A stretch of 64,000 bases of DNA from Eubacteriales bacterium (GTDB lineage Bacteria > Bacillota > Clostridia > Oscillospirales > CAG-272): contig JAZONS010000052.1 in assembly GCA_045654585.1 (NCBI GenBank), forward strand, positions 15,735 to 79,734. Reading direction: 5' to 3'. Of this stretch, positions 38,781 through 47,393 are shown piece after piece. The notes below the pieces were generated by a model that saw nothing but the letters and a program-made list of their open reading frames with translations, searched no databases and had not been told where the DNA came from. Both the position numbers and the translations under genes were made by a program. Numbering within the stretch: position 1 is the stretch's first letter; each line of letters begins with the position of its first letter.

Positions 38781-38977
38781 ATAGTATTCCTTTCGTTCGG
38801 AAGAGGCATTCTGTGCGTAAAACACGCGCGAATCTGCGTGCCGTTCTGTGCGCAAAAAAGCCTCATAAAATAATCACTCCTTTATTTTATCTTATTTTTT
38901 CTATAATTTCAACAGTAAAGTTGACTTTTATTAAAAAAAGTTGTAAAATAATTAAAAAACTATTGTATGGAGCAATT

Positions 38978-40249
38978 ATGAAAAAAGATATTAAAGAACT
39001 TTGCGAGTTTTTGAAAAAAGCAAAAACGCAGTACCACGCGGTAAACGAAATAGCCAAGGTGCTTGACTCCGAGGGCTTCGTAAGACTCTACGAGCACGAG
39101 CCTTGGGAGCTTAAGATAGGCGAGCTTTACTACGTTGTCCGTGACGGCTCGTCGCTCATAGCTTGGAGAAATACCTTCGGTGGCTTTATGATATCTGCGG
39201 CTCATACCGACTCGCCCTGCTTCAGAGTTAAGGGCAGCGTTCAGTCGGGTGCATACGTCAAGCTCGATACCGAAAAGTACGGCGGTATGATAAACTATAC
39301 CTGGCTCGATAGACCCTTGACTGTTGCGGGCAGACTTGCCTTGAAAACCGAAAAGGGCGTAATTATGAAGCTCTGCGATATAGGTAAGACAGAGGTAGTT
39401 ATACCCAGCCTTGCAATACACATGAACAGAACGGTAAACGACTCATTGAAGCTCAACCCCGCAGTTGACCTTCTTCCTCTCGCGTCTCTTACGGGCGGCG
39501 CTGATATATTCGAGCTTGCCGCTAAGTCCGTAGGCGCGAAAAAATCCGAGATCGTATCTCACGAGCTTTTCCTCGTATCTGCGGAGGAGCCGAGAGTGTT
39601 TGGCGCGTCGGATGAGTTCCTTCTCTCCCCAAGACTTGACGATCTTTCGTCCGTTTATGCGGCGTTTGAGGGCTTCCTTGGAATGGATGCGGGACTTGCA
39701 ACGCCCGTATTTGCGATCTTTGACAACGAGGAGGTAGGCTCGGAAACGAAGCAGGGCGCAGGCTCGACCTTCCTCAGAGATACCCTTCGCCGCATCTCGG
39801 AGAGCGAGGAGCATTATCTTGAGCGCGTCGGCTCATCCTTTATGATCTCGGCGGACAATGCTCACGCGGTCCACCCCAACCACCCGGAGCTTGCGGATAA
39901 AAATAACGCCCCCACTCTTGGCGGAGGCGTAGTTGTAAAGTATAACGCAAATCAGCGTTATGCAACCGATGCGCTCTCGGACGGACTTCTTCGCCGTATA
40001 GCAGAGAAGGCAAACGTAAAGCTTCAGAACTACTTCAACAGAGCGGACCTCCCGGGTGGGTCGACTCTCGGCTCGATTTCCGATACGAGAGTATCTGTCG
40101 CAACCGTTGATATAGGACTTCCTCAGCTCGCGATGCACTCGGCAAACGAAACGATTGCCGTAGCCGACTATGCCGAGATGAGAAAGCTCTTCTCCGAGTT
40201 CTTTGCGGCAAACCTGGTTATTGAAAAGGACTTTATCAGCATCTTTTGA
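38978..40249 (+). CDS. M18 family aminopeptidase
   Basis: The start MKKDIKELCEFLKKAKTQYHAV follows GGAG. AHTDSPCFRVK and MHSANE are M18 hallmarks. Confidence 0.75.
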   Translation: MKKDIKELCEFLKKAKTQYHAVNEIAKVLDSEGFVRLYEHEPWELKIGELYYVVRDGSSLIAWRNTFGGFMISAAHTDSPCFRVKGSVQSGAYVKLDTEKYGGMINYTWLDRPLTVAGRLALKTEKGVIMKLCDIGKTEVVIPSLAIHMNRTVNDSLKLNPAVDLLPLASLTGGADIFELAAKSVGAKKSEIVSHELFLVSAEEPRVFGASDEFLLSPRLDDLSSVYAAFEGFLGMDAGLATPVFAIFDNEEVGSETKQGAGSTFLRDTLRRISESEEHYLERVGSSFMISADNAHAVHPNHPELADKNNAPTLGGGVVVKYNANQRYATDALSDGLLRRIAEKANVKLQNYFNRADLPGGSTLGSISDTRVSVATVDIGLPQLAMHSANETIAVADYAEMRKLFSEFFAANLVIEKDFISIF

Positions 40250-40333
40250 TTTTTCTCAAAACGTAAACTGTTTGTTCATTGACCAAAAACAACAACTCAA
40301 ATAAGCTTTACCCTAAATTTGCTTTCGGGGTTT

Positions 40334-40665
40334 AAAGGGGCTGTCTCATTTAGGCGTAAACGAACAAAAACGGCAGAAGCATTGTCAAAAAACAGTGCCT
40401 CTGCCGTACTTTTATGTAATTTAAAAGAATTCAAGGTTGAAAACCCTTGGTTTTCCTCGTTTTTATTAAAGTTTTTGTTCTACCGCCGTTTGCTGAACTC
40501 TCGTCGTACCCTTGTACGCCTTCGGTCGCAAACGACGCTTTCCGCTCTAAATCAGTTCGCCCCACGGTTCTGTTCTCATTAAAAATTCGCTAAAACTGTA
40601 TTTCTTACTGAATTTTCTATAATTATGCCTTGATATCATTGAATTTTTAATGAGACAGCCCCTTT
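40334..40665. repeat. MITE-like copy of the dispersed repeat, bounded by 17-bp perfect inverted repeats
   Basis: aaaggggctgtctcatt (40334-40350) and aatgagacagccccttt (40649-40665). The interior has the family hairpins AAGGTTGAAAACC-CTT-GGTTTTC and CGTAC-CCTT-GTACG. Confidence 0.7.
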
Positions 40666-40677
40666 ATTATCGTTTAT

Positions 40678-41349
40678 CTATCTGACTGCAACGTCTGTAA
40701 CGGTGAGCAGATCATCCTCGACCTTGAACGAGATTTCATAGTCTGCGAATGAGAATGTGTAGATCCTATCTCCGTCTGCGATATAAGACGGGCGCGGGTC
40801 GTCGGCAAGCAAGCGATGGAGGCTATCCCTCTTACCCGTGTCAACTTTTGAGAGGAGCTCCTCGGGAAAGCTTACCTCAAGCGAATACCCCTTCACCTCA
40901 TCCGCAAAACCGCACACGGCATCAGGGTGAGAGTCTGTAAATGATAAATACGGCTTGATATCATAAATAGGCGTTCCGTCGAGTAGGTCTGCTCCGCTCA
41001 CGATAAGAACAGTACCCTCATCCGTTGTGTCGATAACCTCGAGCAGCTTCACTGAGGAAAGTCCTATCGGGTTGGGTCGGTACGGAGAACGCGTCGCAAA
41101 AACACCCATCCTTCTGTTTCCGCCAAGCCTTGGCGGACGCACGGTAGGTGAGAAGCCCTCGCGTTTAGCCTCGGAAAACTCCCATATCAGCCAAAGGTGA
41201 GAATAACCTTCGATTCCGCGCAGAGCCTCTTTAACTCTGTACTCGGGCTCGAAGACTATCCTTGACTTAAAGCCGTCAAGTATCCCACTCTGGCGCGGAA
41301 TTCCGAATTTTTCTTTAAAATCATTCCTTATCCTTGCGATTATCTTCAT
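40678..41349 (-). CDS. trmO: tRNA (t6A37-N6)-methyltransferase TrmO (TsaA/YaeB family)
   Basis: MKIIARIRNDFKEKFGIPRQSG and the motif FATRSPYRPNPIGLS. Confidence 0.8.
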   Translation of the reverse strand: MKIIARIRNDFKEKFGIPRQSGILDGFKSRIVFEPEYRVKEALRGIEGYSHLWLIWEFSEAKREGFSPTVRPPRLGGNRRMGVFATRSPYRPNPIGLSSVKLLEVIDTTDEGTVLIVSGADLLDGTPIYDIKPYLSFTDSHPDAVCGFADEVKGYSLEVSFPEELLSKVDTGKRDSLHRLLADDPRPSYIADGDRIYTFSFADYEISFKVEDDLLTVTDVAVR

Positions 41350-41694
41350 TTAGAAGTTTTCTCCCGCAAAGCCCCAGTGCTCGCATTCCTCATATTTTAC
41401 GTATATTCTGTCGTAAGGCACGCCGAGTGTGCCCGAAACCGTGTCGCAAATAGCACGTGTCAGCTTGTCATAAACGGCATTCGTCGTGCTGCCGAGAAGC
41501 TCAACGTTGATATACGCGGTGTCCGCATCGGCATTACCACCAAAAGCCATTCTGCATCCATCGCTGAAATTAAGCATAAGCCATCTCTCGGTCTTTCCGG
41601 GAATAAGGGTGATTATCTTTCCGAATTCGGCTCTTAAAATAGCTTCCTTATCGTCGGAAATTTTGGCAGTTGTTTTTAAATCAATAAAAGGCAT
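41350..41694 (-). CDS. MIF/tautomerase superfamily protein
   Basis: 114 aa starting MPFIDLKT (catalytic Pro1 after Met removal), with MIF-like length and pattern. Confidence 0.6.
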   Translation of the reverse strand: MPFIDLKTTAKISDDKEAILRAEFGKIITLIPGKTERWLMLNFSDGCRMAFGGNADADTAYINVELLGSTTNAVYDKLTRAICDTVSGTLGVPYDRIYVKYEECEHWGFAGENF

Positions 41695-41742
41695 AGCTTT
41701 TCTCCTTTAAATAAAATCAGCATTAAATGTAAACGATTGTTG

Positions 41743-43011
41743 TCAAATCTTCATTTTTTTGCACTCGGCGAAGTCTTTATAGAGATATAATGAGCCGCAA
41801 ACTACCACGAGATTGCCGTGCGATAAAGCATACTTGTATGCATCCGCTATCTCATCAAACCACATACCCTCATACCCGAGCTTTTTTGCCTTCGTTGCAA
41901 GCTCGGACGCACCCATAGCGCGCGGATTATCCTTTACCGTGGTATAGATAAACTTAGTATTGTTTTCGCCGAGCATTTTAAGTGACTCGGCAATCTCCTT
42001 GTCCTTCATGCAAGCGAAAATAACCGTTTTGTCAGCCTTGCCGAAGTAGCGCTCGAGGGAAGCGGTGAGCGCGGCAATGCCGTTCTCATTATGACCGCCG
42101 TCGTAAATAACGGTCGGATTTTTGCGGATAACCTCAAAGCGCGCGGGATTCTTTGCCCTTGCAATACCGCGTCTGATAAAGCCCTCTTCAATGCCAAGTG
42201 CCTTAGCGGCAAGAACGGCAAGAGCGGCGTTTTCAATCTGGTGAAAACCGGAAATGCCCGTCATAAGTCGGTCAAGATTTCCGAGCGAGAAGCACTCGTG
42301 CGTTCCGGTCACGTAAAGTGAAACAGGCTTTGCGACCTCAAGCGTGCAACCCTTTTCCTCAGCCGCAAGGCGAAGAATGTCCATAGCCTCGGGCTCTTGT
42401 TCTACCGTTATAACCGCACCCGTTCGCGAATTTCCCTTAATAATACCTGCCTTTGCCTTAGCAATTTCGGCAATGGTTGTACCCAGATAACCCGTGTGGT
42501 CAATGCCGAGCCGCGTGATTATTGCAACCTCGTTAGCCTTTATAACGTTCGTCGCATCGAACTCACCGCCAAGACCTACCTCCAGAACAACGTAATCGCA
42601 TTTTTGCTCGGCGAAGTAAACGAAAGCTGCAGCCGTCCAAATCTCAAACTGTGTTGGCGGAACGGATAGCTCTTGTTCGACCTTATTTGAAATAGGCTCT
42701 ATTGTGTTAAGAATCCTTGAGAGATCTTTATTGGAAATATCAGTGCCGTTGATACTTATGCGCTCGTTTACGCGGATAAGATTCGGAGAAATATATTTTC
42801 CAACCGTGTATCCCGCTTCCTCAAGTATGCAAGCGACGTTTGCGGAGGTTGAGCCCTTGCCGTTCGTTCCGGCTATATGAATAAATTTTAATTTGTCCTC
42901 GGGGTGACCGAGAAAGTCGAGAAGTCTTGAGATACGCTCGAGCCCGGGAACGGTAACAGCCTGAAAGCTGTTAGCATATGATTTGAAATCAGAGGTATTC
43001 ATATTATTCAC
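41743..43011 (-). CDS. folC: Folylpolyglutamate synthase / dihydrofolate synthase
   Basis: IHIAGTNGKGST P-loop, Mur-ligase-like architecture, 422 aa, downstream of folT. Confidence 0.85.
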   Translation of the reverse strand: MNNMNTSDFKSYANSFQAVTVPGLERISRLLDFLGHPEDKLKFIHIAGTNGKGSTSANVACILEEAGYTVGKYISPNLIRVNERISINGTDISNKDLSRILNTIEPISNKVEQELSVPPTQFEIWTAAAFVYFAEQKCDYVVLEVGLGGEFDATNVIKANEVAIITRLGIDHTGYLGTTIAEIAKAKAGIIKGNSRTGAVITVEQEPEAMDILRLAAEEKGCTLEVAKPVSLYVTGTHECFSLGNLDRLMTGISGFHQIENAALAVLAAKALGIEEGFIRRGIARAKNPARFEVIRKNPTVIYDGGHNENGIAALTASLERYFGKADKTVIFACMKDKEIAESLKMLGENNTKFIYTTVKDNPRAMGASELATKAKKLGYEGMWFDEIADAYKYALSHGNLVVVCGSLYLYKDFAECKKMKI

Positions 43012-43013
43012 CG

Positions 43014-43547
43014 TTATTCTGAATTTTTTGTTATCTTATCCATTTGATCCTTGAGCAACCTGATGAAAAGGTAGAAGGTTACAGAACGAATCACAAAATT
43101 GATAGCTCCGTTTATAGCTCTTGTAGCAAGAGTAAATTCCCAGGTCCAGTCATACATTAAAACAAATATCGGTGACTTGAGAAATAGATCGATAATCAGC
43201 GCTACAGAACCGAAGCAGAGAAGTATCTTTGAAAGAGATATTTTCTTTCTATGGAAGAAAAGACCGAAGGCGGCACCTGTCGCAAATTGGCAAAGGGAAA
43301 TCCAAACGTTTGGCGCATACCCCGAGAAGAGTGAGCCGATAACGTCGGCAACGAGATATCCGAGCCCTGCATAGACGGGACCGAGCATATATCCGACGAA
43401 TGCTATTGGCAGAAAACCGAACTCAAATCGGAACGGCGTTCCCTCAGGCGAGAAGCCGACGAATCTGCAAAGCACAACAGACATTGCAACCATAACTGAG
43501 GTACTTGTCAGTGCGAATATTTGTTTTTTTGCTTTTTTGTTTCTCAA
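43014..43547 (-). CDS. folT: Folate ECF transporter S component
   Basis: Six-helix small membrane protein behind a THF riboswitch. The proposed TTG start at 43547 lies 8 nt after GGAGGTG. The ORF track extends to 43589. Confidence 0.7.
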   Translation of the reverse strand: MRNKKAKKQIFALTSTSVMVAMSVVLCRFVGFSPEGTPFRFEFGFLPIAFVGYMLGPVYAGLGYLVADVIGSLFSGYAPNVWISLCQFATGAAFGLFFHRKKISLSKILLCFGSVALIIDLFLKSPIFVLMYDWTWEFTLATRAINGAINFVIRSVTFYLFIRLLKDQMDKITKNSE

Positions 43548-43668
43548 AATAAAAACACCTCCATAGAACAGATTTACATCTTGTGTCACAGGAGGCAGCA
43601 GAGTATCGTAAGCTGAGCAAGTTAAAGCTGCTGCCTGGCGAAATCATCTGCAATATTATTCCTTCGGA

Positions 43669-43790
43669 ACAGTGGGATGCGGAAGATAAACCGTAGAGCA
43701 AAGGCAGAGCTTCTAACCCGATTGCTCACTTCGTCCCTGCGGCAACTCCCCGTCCGCTGAGCACTTAAACGCTTATCATCCTACTCTGTT
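43669..43790 (-). promoter_or_regulatory. THF (tetrahydrofolate) riboswitch
   Basis: The minus strand AGAGTAGGATGATAAGCGTTTAAGTG...ACGAAGTGAG...GCATCCCACTGT parallels the E. siraeum THF aptamer (AGAGUAGAUGAUUCGCGUUAAGUG...ACGAAGCGAG...GCAUCCGCUC). Confidence 0.75.
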
Positions 43791-44290
43791 AATGTATGAA
43801 CCTATTCTAGCACAAACCTTCTCGGAAATCAATATTTATTTAAAAAATAATAATAAATGTTTTAATTACCATAGCAACAAACTCGTAAAGGTAGTCGAAA
43901 TGCTGCTGCTTGCGTAGTTATTTTTCGCAATGCGTTACGGAAATATGAAAATATAATTTTATCGTCAAAAATGTAAAGAAATAACGGGAAATATTGTATA
44001 AAACAAAGATTTTTAAAATCACGGTACGAAAAATAGTGATGATTTTTATATATTCTCGAAAAATAATAAAAATGCTCGAAAAATAGTATTTATCAAAGTT
44101 AATCTGCCCGAAAACAAAGGAGAAATCGTACTTTTTCAAAATAAAATGGGAAAATATGATTTTTCAGAAAAATTCCCTGTATTTGTACGGAATATTTGAA
44201 TTATCTTTGCAAAAGCTTCCGGAATGCTTGAAAAATAAGGATTTTTCTGCTAATATAGTATTGTAAAAAAGGAAATGAGGTTATTAAAAT

Positions 44291-45040
44291 ATGAAGTTTG
44301 TTTCATGGAACGTTAATGGTTTTCGCGCCGTTTTAGGAAAAGGCTTTGCCGATATTTTTTCTTCTCTCGATGCAGATTTCTTCGCTCTTCAGGAAACTAA
44401 AATGCAAGAGGGGCAGGCGGAGTTTTCTCCCGAGGGTTATTACAGTTATTTGACTTATGCTGAGAAAAAAGGCTATTCGGGTACCGCGATATTTACAAAG
44501 CACGAGCCGCTTTCCGTCGCATACGGCATCGAAGGAAAGCACACCGATGAGGGAAGAGTCATAACTCTTGAATACGAAGATTTCTATTTCGTTTGCGCCT
44601 ACGTTCCCAATGCGCAGGACGAGCTTAAAAGGCTTGATTACCGTATGGAATTCGAGGACGATATGCGCAACTACCTTATGAAGTTGAATTGTGAGAAGGG
44701 TGTCATCTACACAGGTGACCTCAACGTCGCGCACGAGGAAATAGATATCAAGAATCCGAAGGCAAACCGCGGTAAGGCAGGCTTCTCGGACGAAGAACGC
44801 GCGAAGATGAGCGAGCTTCTCGCATCGGGCTTTTCGGATAGCTTCAGAAGGCTTTATCCCGATACTGTGCTATACTCGTGGTGGTCGTATAGATTCCGCG
44901 CAAGAGAGAATAATGCAGGCTGGCGTCTTGACTATTTTATTGTGTCTGACGATCTTATGGAAAAGGTAAACGATTCAAAGATCCATACCGATATATTAGG
45001 CAGCGATCATTGCCCCGTTGAGCTTGATATTAATATTTGA
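44291..45040 (+). CDS. xth: Exodeoxyribonuclease III
   Basis: MKFVSWNVNGFRA, LQETK and SDHCPV are ExoIII/APE family motifs. Confidence 0.9.
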   Translation: MKFVSWNVNGFRAVLGKGFADIFSSLDADFFALQETKMQEGQAEFSPEGYYSYLTYAEKKGYSGTAIFTKHEPLSVAYGIEGKHTDEGRVITLEYEDFYFVCAYVPNAQDELKRLDYRMEFEDDMRNYLMKLNCEKGVIYTGDLNVAHEEIDIKNPKANRGKAGFSDEERAKMSELLASGFSDSFRRLYPDTVLYSWWSYRFRARENNAGWRLDYFIVSDDLMEKVNDSKIHTDILGSDHCPVELDINI

Positions 45041-45042
45041 TA

Positions 45043-45126
45043 AAATCTACCGATAGTAGTAAAACGGCTGAAGTTATAATACTTTCAGTGCTAAAATCTA
45101 CTGTCGGTAGGTTTGTTTTTTATTTT
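45043..45126 (+). terminator. Long-stem terminator after xth
   Basis: 17-bp stem (two G-U pairs) between 45043-45059 and 45098-45114, followed by a T-rich run. Confidence 0.65.
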
Positions 45127-45176
45127 TTATATGATATAATAATGTTATATACATTAAAATAAAGTGAGGTTACCTT

Positions 45177-46385
45177 ATGGATTCAAAAAGCATAGGTAAG
45201 ACCATTGCGGCGCTGCGAAAGAAGAGCGGACTTACGCAAAGTGAGCTTGCCGAGCGGTTGAACGTGAGTAATAAGGCTGTCAGCAAGTGGGAGAACGGTC
45301 AGGGTTATCCCGATATATCGCTTTTTCCCGCGCTTGCGTCGCTATTCGGTGTTTCCATTGACTATTTGATGCTCCAGAAGAAGGGTATTGCAATAGCCGG
45401 AAATATCGTTACGGATATAGTAAAAAATATCGAGAGATATCCCGAAGCGGGAACGCTTGTCAATATATCCTCGCTTGCGCCTGCTATCGGCGGCTGTCCT
45501 CCAAACGTCGGCGTTGATCTTGCAAAGATGGACCCCCGTCTTTCGGTATATGCTTACGGAAGGGTAGGTACCGATGAGAACGGAAGATTTATTCTGTCAA
45601 AGCTTGCCGCATACGGAATAAATATTGACGGTGTGGTATACTCCAAGGATCAGCCGACGAGCTTTACCGACGTTATGAGTGTTCCCGGTGGAGAGCGCAC
45701 CTTCTTCCACGTTAGAGGAGCGAATGCGGAATTTTCTCCCGAGGATATAGATATTAAGGCTCTTAATTGCGATATACTTCATATAGGATACATACTTCTT
45801 CTTGATAAGTTTGATGCTCCCGATTCCGAATACGGAACTGCGATGGCGAGGTTTTTAAAGAACGTGCAGAGCGAAGGTATACTTACCTCGGTCGATATGG
45901 TCAGCGACAGTGCGGGTAACTACGGAGCAAAGGTGCTCCCCTCGCTTAAGTATTGCGACTACCTCATCGTAAACGAGCTTGAGATATGCGAGATCTTCGG
46001 TCTTTCTCCAAGGAAGGAGAGCGGCGAGATAGATAAGGAAAACGTTATCCTCGCAATGAACAAAGCTGCGGATGCGGGAGTTGCTCGCAAGGTCATAGTG
46101 CACGCAAAGGAGATAGGTTTCCTTCTGGATGTAAAGTCGCGTGAGGTAACCTATGTGAATTCTCTTAAAATACCTAAGGAAATGATAAAGGGAAGTGTTG
46201 GCGCGGGTGATGCATTCTGCGCAGGATGTCTTTACGGCCTTTATCATCATTACAAAGATCGACAGATACTCGAATTTGCCTCTGCCGCCGCGGCGTGCAA
46301 CCTGTTTTCCGCAAATTCGATAGACGGAATGCGCTCGGCAGATGAGATCGTCGAGGTCGCAAAAAAATACGAAAGATTACGTTAA
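45177..46385 (+). CDS. Fusion of XRE-type HTH domain and PfkB-family carbohydrate kinase
   Basis: N-terminal LTQSELAERLNVSNKAVSKWENG, then ribokinase-like motifs ending GAGDAFCAG. Confidence 0.75.
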   Translation: MDSKSIGKTIAALRKKSGLTQSELAERLNVSNKAVSKWENGQGYPDISLFPALASLFGVSIDYLMLQKKGIAIAGNIVTDIVKNIERYPEAGTLVNISSLAPAIGGCPPNVGVDLAKMDPRLSVYAYGRVGTDENGRFILSKLAAYGINIDGVVYSKDQPTSFTDVMSVPGGERTFFHVRGANAEFSPEDIDIKALNCDILHIGYILLLDKFDAPDSEYGTAMARFLKNVQSEGILTSVDMVSDSAGNYGAKVLPSLKYCDYLIVNELEICEIFGLSPRKESGEIDKENVILAMNKAADAGVARKVIVHAKEIGFLLDVKSREVTYVNSLKIPKEMIKGSVGAGDAFCAGCLYGLYHHYKDRQILEFASAAAACNLFSANSIDGMRSADEIVEVAKKYERLR

Positions 46386-46416
46386 AAAATGAACTATACG
46401 AAAGGAAAAAAACAAA

Positions 46417-47265
46417 ATGCTTGCAAATCTTAACGACGTATTACTTGACGCGCAGAAAAACAAATATGCGGTAGGTCTTTTCAACACTACCGATACCGAT
46501 ATGCTCGAGGCTGTTATCTCAGCTGCCGAGGAGCTCCGCTCACCGGTGATCATAGGAACGGCAGAGGTCCTTCTTCCGTACGGAGAGCTCAGCCTTATTG
46601 CTCCCTCGCTTATTGAAGCGGCGCGCCGCGCAACCGTTCCGGTAGTAGTTCACTACGATCACGGCATAACCTTTGAGCGTTGTCTTGAGGCAATGAAGCT
46701 GGGCTTCACCAGCGTTATGTTTGACGGCTCGGCAAATGCCGCCTCCGAAAACCTCAGAGCTACCCGTGAGATAGTAAAAATCGCTCATGCTCTCGGAGTT
46801 ACGGTTGAGGGTGAGATAGGTCACGTTGGTCAGGCAGATAGCTCGGATAACGAGATAACAGATATGTATACGACGCCCGAGGAGGCTGTATCCTTCGTTG
46901 AGAGCACGGGCGTTGATGCTCTCGCTATTGCAATAGGCACGGCTCACGGAGCATATAAATCCAAGCCAAAGCTTGATATAGGCAGACTTCAGAAGATCAG
47001 AGCAGCTCTCGATACGCCCCTCGTGCTTCACGGCGGCTCGGGACTCTCGGATGACGATTTCAGGGATACGATAAAGTACGGTATCGCAAAGGTGAATATC
47101 TTCACCGATCTTTGTTTTGCGGGTGAGCTTGCAATGAAGGAGAACGCTACAAATGCCGAGCGCGGTATGTACGGTTATCTCGATACAAGAAATGCCAAGG
47201 TTGCCGCAATGAAGGAAGCTGTTAAGCAAAAGATCCTTCTCTTCGGCTCGAACGGAAGAGCATAA
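46417..47265 (+). CDS. Class II ketose-bisphosphate aldolase (FBA/tagatose-bisphosphate aldolase family)
   Basis: VVVHYDHG, EGEIGHVG, AIAIGTAHG and LVLHGGSG are class II aldolase motifs. Confidence 0.85.
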   Translation: MLANLNDVLLDAQKNKYAVGLFNTTDTDMLEAVISAAEELRSPVIIGTAEVLLPYGELSLIAPSLIEAARRATVPVVVHYDHGITFERCLEAMKLGFTSVMFDGSANAASENLRATREIVKIAHALGVTVEGEIGHVGQADSSDNEITDMYTTPEEAVSFVESTGVDALAIAIGTAHGAYKSKPKLDIGRLQKIRAALDTPLVLHGGSGLSDDDFRDTIKYGIAKVNIFTDLCFAGELAMKENATNAERGMYGYLDTRNAKVAAMKEAVKQKILLFGSNGRA

Positions 47266-47307
47266 TATGTCAAAAAACAGACGTATCCCCATTTTTTTAT
47301 TTTTCTA

Positions 47308-47337
47308 TTGACATATAAATATTTATTATGCTATAAT
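47308..47337 (+). promoter_or_regulatory. Promoter of giant gene 1
   Basis: TTGACA, 18-nt spacer, TATAAT. Confidence 0.6.
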
Positions 47338-47393
47338 TCAGGTGTGGTAAAAATTACAAATTATATATTATGCACAAAAAAGGAGAAAAACAA

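Noticed and set aside
37518-38873. A long 451-aa ORF antisense to pepD. Similar long antisense ORFs occur at 46540-47292, 27461-28327, 5281-6039 and 32024-32602.
   Set aside because: Each lies opposite a gene with clear family motifs. Their translations are Arg/Ser/Cys-rich with no recognisable motifs or RBS. This is the typical shadow-ORF artefact of codon-biased genes.
43801-44290. A 490-bp AT-rich gene-free stretch with recurring CG[AG]AAAAT(A) motifs upstream of xth. I considered an origin-like or iteron region, and also the 73-aa minus-strand ORF at 43918-44139.
   Set aside because: The spacing of the motifs is irregular (about 21-42 nt) and I see no DnaA-box-like TTATCCACA. The ORF is Ile/Phe/Lys-rich low complexity without an RBS. 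There is not enough support for any call.
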